64,000 bases of DNA from positions 1,860,001-1,924,000 of the forward strand of contig BQFW01000007.1 of assembly GCA_020891255.1 (NCBI GenBank), given 5' to 3'. Made by a program: the position numbers and the translations under genes. This DNA comes from Entomortierella parvispora E1425 (Eukaryota > Fungi > Mortierellomycota). Below are positions 61,701-64,000 of the stretch, in pieces; within the stretch, counting starts at the first letter, position 1, and every line of letters starts with the position of its first letter. The notes beneath the pieces were generated by a model. It did no database searches, was not told where the DNA came from, and saw only the letters and a program-made list of their open reading frames with translations.

Positions 61701-63384
61701 TCGCCCTCCTTGGTAGCGCCATCTGCATCAGTTCCTGCACTCTGTTCGCCCTTCAAGGTCTTTTCCGATTCCTTGTCCGCTTCAGCTGTGTCGTCCTTCT
61801 TGTCTTTTTTAGACTTTGACGTCTCAAGAAAGATTTTCGGGACCAAGGTTCTGAGGTCGAGAATTTGCTCGTAAAACATTACGCTGTCTTCGTCTTCAAA
61901 CACGTTGCTGGCAAGACCTTTGTCCTCTGAGCCTCCTGTTGTTTCGACGATACCAATAAGAACCTCTTTTTCGTCCTCCAGTACAAACATCTCCATGTCC
62001 AGGGCATCCGCGAACGTCTGAGTCGAAGTAAACAATTTCTCATAGGCATGGACCTGTTTATCAAACTGCTGTTGCCTCTCCTCTGACAGTTCACCTCGAG
62101 CAAACAAAGAAGATTCGTTCTTGCGTTCCTGCTTTTTCTTTTCCTGTATCAAGAAAAAAAGGGACCCACTGTCAGTGCTGCGGTTGATTCTCCATTTTGT
62201 TTCTATTATCCGCAGTTGCTCAAAAGTACCTTATGATCGCGAACGAGATGCGGCTCCAAACTTTTGTAGTATTCCAAGAACATGGACTTGAACAGCTGCT
62301 GTTGTACCGGAGAGACATTGGATTCTGTTGATGCTGCCTCTTCTCCAGTTGCAGGCTTGCTGTCTGCCTCTTTGCCTTCTGGGGTCACTTTTGCCTTTCG
62401 TGGGGTGATACCAGTCAAGTCCTTGCTATGAATCTTCAGAACTGTCAACAGAATTGGCAAGTTGACATGCTCCTTGTCCCCTGCAAGCTATTCCATTAAA
62501 AACGAAGATCGTGATGAGTGCCCTGTTTTCCATCGATCAATCCGTGGGAACACACCACAGCAGCCATAACTTTGCCTCTTTGCCATACCAAATCATGTAG
62601 GATAACATAAACAAAGTTGGGAGATGCTTTGGAGCTGTCTCCGGCATTTCTGGGATCCTTGCTACCATTGACAAGTAAAGCGGCGACACTGTCCTTGGCC
62701 GCCTGTCCACTCTTGCTCGAGACGCCTGCCGACCCTTCCGCACTCAGGGTGGCGACGCCATCCTCTGCATTCCGTAGGACCCTGGCGAGCCAGAGATCTG
62801 TCGCGACACGACAAAGGTTGCGTTGACGAGAAATCCTGGAAGCCTCTTCCTTCTCGCGTTGCTCTGGTGTCGATCCGGCTTGAGCCAGTTGCTGGTGAGT
62901 CAATTTGGGCGAAGGGGCCAAGGCTTTGGCCAGGTGGTAGGTGAAGAGGAGGGTGAACGTGTCGGGGAAGCGCTGATGCAATGCTGAAATGACGTCCACA
63001 GCGGCGGCGACATCGACCGCCCGACTGCATCGCAGGAGACCTTCGAGGATGGCAGCCACGATCTCGGAGATGTACTTTTCCAAGCTGAGCTTCTTGATGT
63101 CGTTGAGCAACTGAGGCGCGACATCGGCGGTGAGGCCAGCCTTGCACTTTTTGATGAAGGCCGTGTTCTTTTTGATGTTGGAATCAAGGTTCTTGAGGGC
63201 AGAGGGATCTATGAGGGACATGGATGGAAACAATGCGAGATTTAGCAACCACGACCTGGGCGTGTCATTGGCCATGGCATGGAACGCAATGCTGTCTAAT
63301 GCGATTCAATGCGATTCAATGCGATTCAATGCGAATCCTGACCTGGCTTGGTCAGCCATGCCGCCAAATTGGCCTGTCGAAGGT
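58751..63384 (-). CDS. UPF2: Nonsense-mediated decay factor UPF2 (three MIF4G domains, acidic region, Upf1-binding tail); ATG exon upstream of 63384 not resolved
   Basis: DLRQANLAAW..|DPSALKNLDSNIKKNTAFIKKCK, LSLEKYISEIV, FEDEDSVMFYEQILDL, IKFLSELVKF, LLDTCGRFL, RIAVVRFLGELYNY, FRVRLVCTLLDTCG, FTLLTKKGNKQQMK. Confidence 0.93.
60178..60215. repeat. Perfect 18-bp tandem duplication in a UPF2 intron
   Basis: GTGAAAGCAATAATATTC occurs twice, followed by GT. Confidence 0.85.
63298..63334. repeat. 10-bp minisatellite (AATGCGATTC) x3.7 in a UPF2 5' intron
   Basis: Read directly from the sequence. Confidence 0.9.
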
Positions 63385-63507
63385 CTTGTCGGTTCGCCAC
63401 GATTGCAGATTGGAGGATGGAGGAAAGGGAGTGTCCGATTGGTCAGGAGAAATGGAGTAGAAGGAAAGAGGGCGATGGGGGGTTAGCAAAAGAGGAGCAG
63501 GCGATCA

Positions 63508-63552
63508 AAGAAGAAGAAGAAGAAGAAGAAGAAGAAGAAGAAGAAGAAGAAG

Positions 63553-63582
<30 letters not shown>
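63508..63582. repeat. (AAG)25 microsatellite
   Basis: Uninterrupted 75-nt trinucleotide run. Confidence 0.95.
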
Positions 63583-63585
<3 letters not shown>

Positions 63586-64000
63586 AAAGAATGACAAGGA
63601 ACGAACACAACACAACACAGCACATGCAGGACAGGGCAGGACAGGACAGGACAATTCGCCCATGGGGATCATTCAATCAATTGTCACATGGCATGATCGC
63701 TTCCTTCCTCCTTTGAGCCGTTTCTTCTTTTTTTTCTTCTCCTTCTTCTCCCTTCCTCTTCTCTCTTTGCTTGCTGAATCCCATTCATCTTTTTTGTCAT
63801 CGTCAAGGCAGATTCGATCTGTCTTTCTTCTTCGTCTTTCTCCTTCAGTCAGCCCTTGGCTCTCCTTCTCTCCACCGTCGCATTCTTCTCCCCGTCCCAT
63901 CCATGACCAGGACGCGCTCGCTGCATCTAATCTCTTTGACAACGACTCCTTCACTAAACAAACCGACATCCCTTCCTAGGGCCCTTTTGAATCCCAAAAC

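Noticed and set aside
62496-63275. MANDTPRSWLLNLALFPSM as the UPF2 N-terminus
   Set aside because: This segment lies in an intron (63342-63209). Splicing gives the more conserved DLRQANLAAWLTKP|DPSALKNLDS.
63348-63716. ORF encoding a poly-Glu tract
   Set aside because: It is simply the (AAG)25 microsatellite read on the strand antisense to UPF2.

Overview
Intron-rich eukaryotic DNA from an early-diverging fungus. Gene content, intron signals and microsatellite-rich spacers suggest Mortierellaceae/Mucoromycota; this is an inference. The housekeeping backbone, in order: a CON7-like C2H2 transcription factor, an R3H-domain RNA-binding protein, an atypical importin-alpha/TMCO6-like ARM protein, the vacuolar cation/H+ exchanger VNX1 head-to-head with a full-length RAV1/DmX-like WD40 protein, a stand-alone MoaC with a mitochondrial-type presequence, a membrane-anchored protein with a hidden ParB/Srx-like domain, CCT6 (start codon split by an intron), AUR1, RPL24, a Kelch-BTB (Mds3/Pmd1-like) protein and UPF2. 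Between AUR1 and RPL24 (about 40-49 kb) lies an accessory, decaying island. It holds two disrupted fatty acyl-CoA reductase paralogs, an intact signal-anchored FkbM methyltransferase, a 1.1-kb non-autonomous Helitron-like element with a duplicated 3' terminus and many GC hairpins, and a disrupted fucosyltransferase-like gene. No tRNA, rRNA or CRISPR was seen. All splice models were built by hand from GT/GC-AG signals and frame continuity. Family calls come from motif recognition, not database searches.
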